A stretch of 64,000 bases of DNA from Podospora anserina (lineage: Eukaryota): contig CM030333.1 in the NCBI GenBank assembly GCA_017654855.1, positions 1,240,001 through 1,304,000 on the forward strand, in the 5' to 3' direction. Under the pieces are notes generated by a model. The model ran no database searches. It was not told where the DNA came from and worked only from the letters and a program-made list of their open reading frames with translations. The position numbers and the translations under genes are program-made. Below are positions 61,856-64,000 of the stretch, piece after piece; the stretch's first letter is position 1, and each line of letters begins with the position of its first letter.

Positions 61856-64000
61856 ATGGCGGAAAGCAACAACAACAACAACAACAACACCAACCCAGCA
61901 GCCTGGTTCCGGACATTTGGAAGGTCGAAGAGTTCGCTGCAGACGCCGACCACGACAAGCCCGAGCCGTCCCGCGAGTATCACCACCACGATTGGTCACG
62001 ATGCCCCAGCAACACCAACACCCGACACCTCCCCCGGCCGTCTCCGCGCCCGTCCGGCTGCTGCTGTGAGACGGGTTTCCTCGCTGTTTAGTCTTGTTGG
62101 TGGGGGTGGTGGTGGGAGTATCCTGTCGGGTGGGAGTCCAAACCGAGACAGCTTCCCTGATCATGGTCTTCCAGGGAGGGCGCCGCCTATGGGGGCTTTG
62201 CCGCTCAGTGGGTTTCATGATGGTGGCGGTGGTGGTGTGGGATTGCAAGGGCTGATGGGGGGGTTGGGGGTGGGAGGGAAAAGGGGGGAGGAGGAGAGTA
62301 TTGTTTGGTCGAGGCCGACTATGATGCAGATGGTGGAGACTTTGAGGGGGGTAATGATGGGGGTTATGAGGATGCCTGATCGAGGGAGGGGAGTGAGGAA
62401 GATGAAGGGGGAGGCGGGTAGGGAGGGGGATTGGGAGAGGATGGAGCTGGAGAGGGATAGGGAGAGACGGTGGGGTGAAAGGGGGGGTTGGGGGGGTTTG
62501 CCGGTTGAGTGAGTACTTCTTTGCCCTGATGCTCTGACAATGAGTTTTTATACACAGATCTACTTTCTCTACCCTCGGTTACATGGGGAATCTCCCCTTG
62601 TCTTGGCAGGACTATCTCAAGTGAGAACTGTGAACTGTCTTTGAGGCAGGGCTATGTTCAAACGAGGCTCGCCACAGCATTAGAATGCCCTCAAGCGAGA
62701 GCCATCCTCTCAGAGGACTATATCTACATGGATCACATTGTCTGTGGAAATTATCCCACCTTTTGGCGGTGCTTGGTGGTTGGAGTCCACCACTGGCTAG
62801 ACATCCCACGGTTGCCTGGACACTACATACCAAGCTACTTCCTACATCCTCATCTTATCCACGTAGTACAGAAAGCGAGCGTCCTCTAACTAAATCTTGT
62901 AGATATAACTCGCATGTGCTCGTTCTCCTCGAAGGCTTCGGCCATCTTGTAGAGCAGTTGAACAAAACCCAGGAAGAGCTCGCCGAGCTCAAGAACCTGC
63001 GGGAGAAGGAAGTCGAACAGTTCCGTGGCATCAGCGAAGAATGGATTCAACGAGAGAACGGCTACAAGGCTGAAATCAAGCGTCTTGAGCTAGTCCTGGC
63101 AAAAGAAAGCAAGAACGGCGTCGCCTCTGTTGCATTGGCTAGACATGGCAGTCTCATAAACCGCTCGGGAACGAAAAGATTTCAGGCACGGTTGAAGCGG
63201 TTGAGCAGTTCCCAAGATGCCGGTAAGTTTCTCCGGACCTCCATAAAGCCCCGGAGACTAGGCTGACCACGAGTGGCAGATAACACCAGAGAAGCCCACG
63301 CCGACCCAGAGCCCAGCATGGTGGGGGTGAAAGAAACCACGTCACGTTACGAAACAATCGGTAAGTAATTCTTCCCTAACCGCGGAGCTTCCCGCGGGTA
63401 TTGACGGCCGCCTAATCGCAGGTGACATTCCACGGGACGTCAATCCTCACCGTGATGTATTGCTCTCCCGCCTGGTCGAGAAGCAGGGCAAAGCCCAGTC
63501 AAGCCGACACTTTCAAGAGGGGGAACGAGTCTTGAACCAAATACTCCCTGATACTGGGCACACCAACAGACCAAAAAGCCCACCAACCCACCGAAATCAA
63601 CGTGACGAGGATGACGAGGACATTGAGTGCCCCGCGTCCGGCGAAGTTACCCTGAAAGTACCAAGCACTAGGGAGCGGGCATCACTGTACGAAAAGGGGC
63701 AAGGGGGAGCCAATGCAGGTCCCAACAGTCACGCCTACGCTGGCGTGGCAGGTCGCCCCATTGAAGACCCATCGGCCGATGAGTCCTCTGCTAGCTCAAG
63801 ATGGGACGCGGAATCTTCAACATCTGACGATTCTCTGCAAAATAATGGCTCCTCATTGGTAGGTCCCCAGCCACGACGATCTAACGATTCGGGACCTGGG
63901 CTGTTTGACGGTACAAACAGCCAGCTAGCTGATAACGGTCTCGGCGCCATAGACGAAGGCACAGGACACATGCTCGATACAGTTTTCCTGAACCGTGGAT
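61856..64000 (+). CDS. Hypothetical coiled-coil protein, truncated at window end; exons 61856-62508, (62558-62620), 62903-63222, 63280-63360, 63422->64000
   Basis: Canonical splice sites join the exons in phase (LPVE/YNSHVLVLLEGF...YKAEIKRLELVLA...YETIG/DIPR). The last exon stays open to 64000. Confidence 0.8.

Overview
Eukaryotic, intron-containing DNA from a filamentous ascomycete. Short GT..AG introns with CTRAC branch sites and the gene content point to Sordariales, probably Podospora-like (inference). The window is mostly housekeeping sequence. It holds about 18 protein genes: an RfeG-like small protein, Ten1, Snf7, a ~2,850-aa acidic disordered protein, translin, Gpi11/PIG-F, a mitochondrial carrier, Rpl22, O-GlcNAc transferase, Rpl12, Sec23, a kelch-type membrane protein, a Pol mu-like PolX, a MAPEG GST, Pet127, a Cys/His-motif coiled-coil hypothetical, an NCBP3-like protein and a truncated coiled-coil hypothetical. 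It also holds a U2 snRNA, a tRNA-Ser(AGA), short tandem repeats and two long gene-free stretches (~29.4-33.7 kb and 48.2-56.7 kb). I saw no transposon, RIP-degraded block, CRISPR array or biosynthetic cluster, and I cannot support a new multi-gene system. The best leads are: (i) the giant acidic protein with recurrent short motifs and an Atg8-interacting-like motif; (ii) the unknown 513-aa gene with an 8.5-kb upstream gap, a uORF and a UGA-CUAG readthrough context; (iii) a candidate 63-nt symmetric cassette exon; (iv) an in-frame, stop-free intron inside the OGT TPR region; (v) abrupt C-rich to G-rich switches inside several CDSs. Exon boundaries were read by hand and family calls come from remembered motifs, not database searches.
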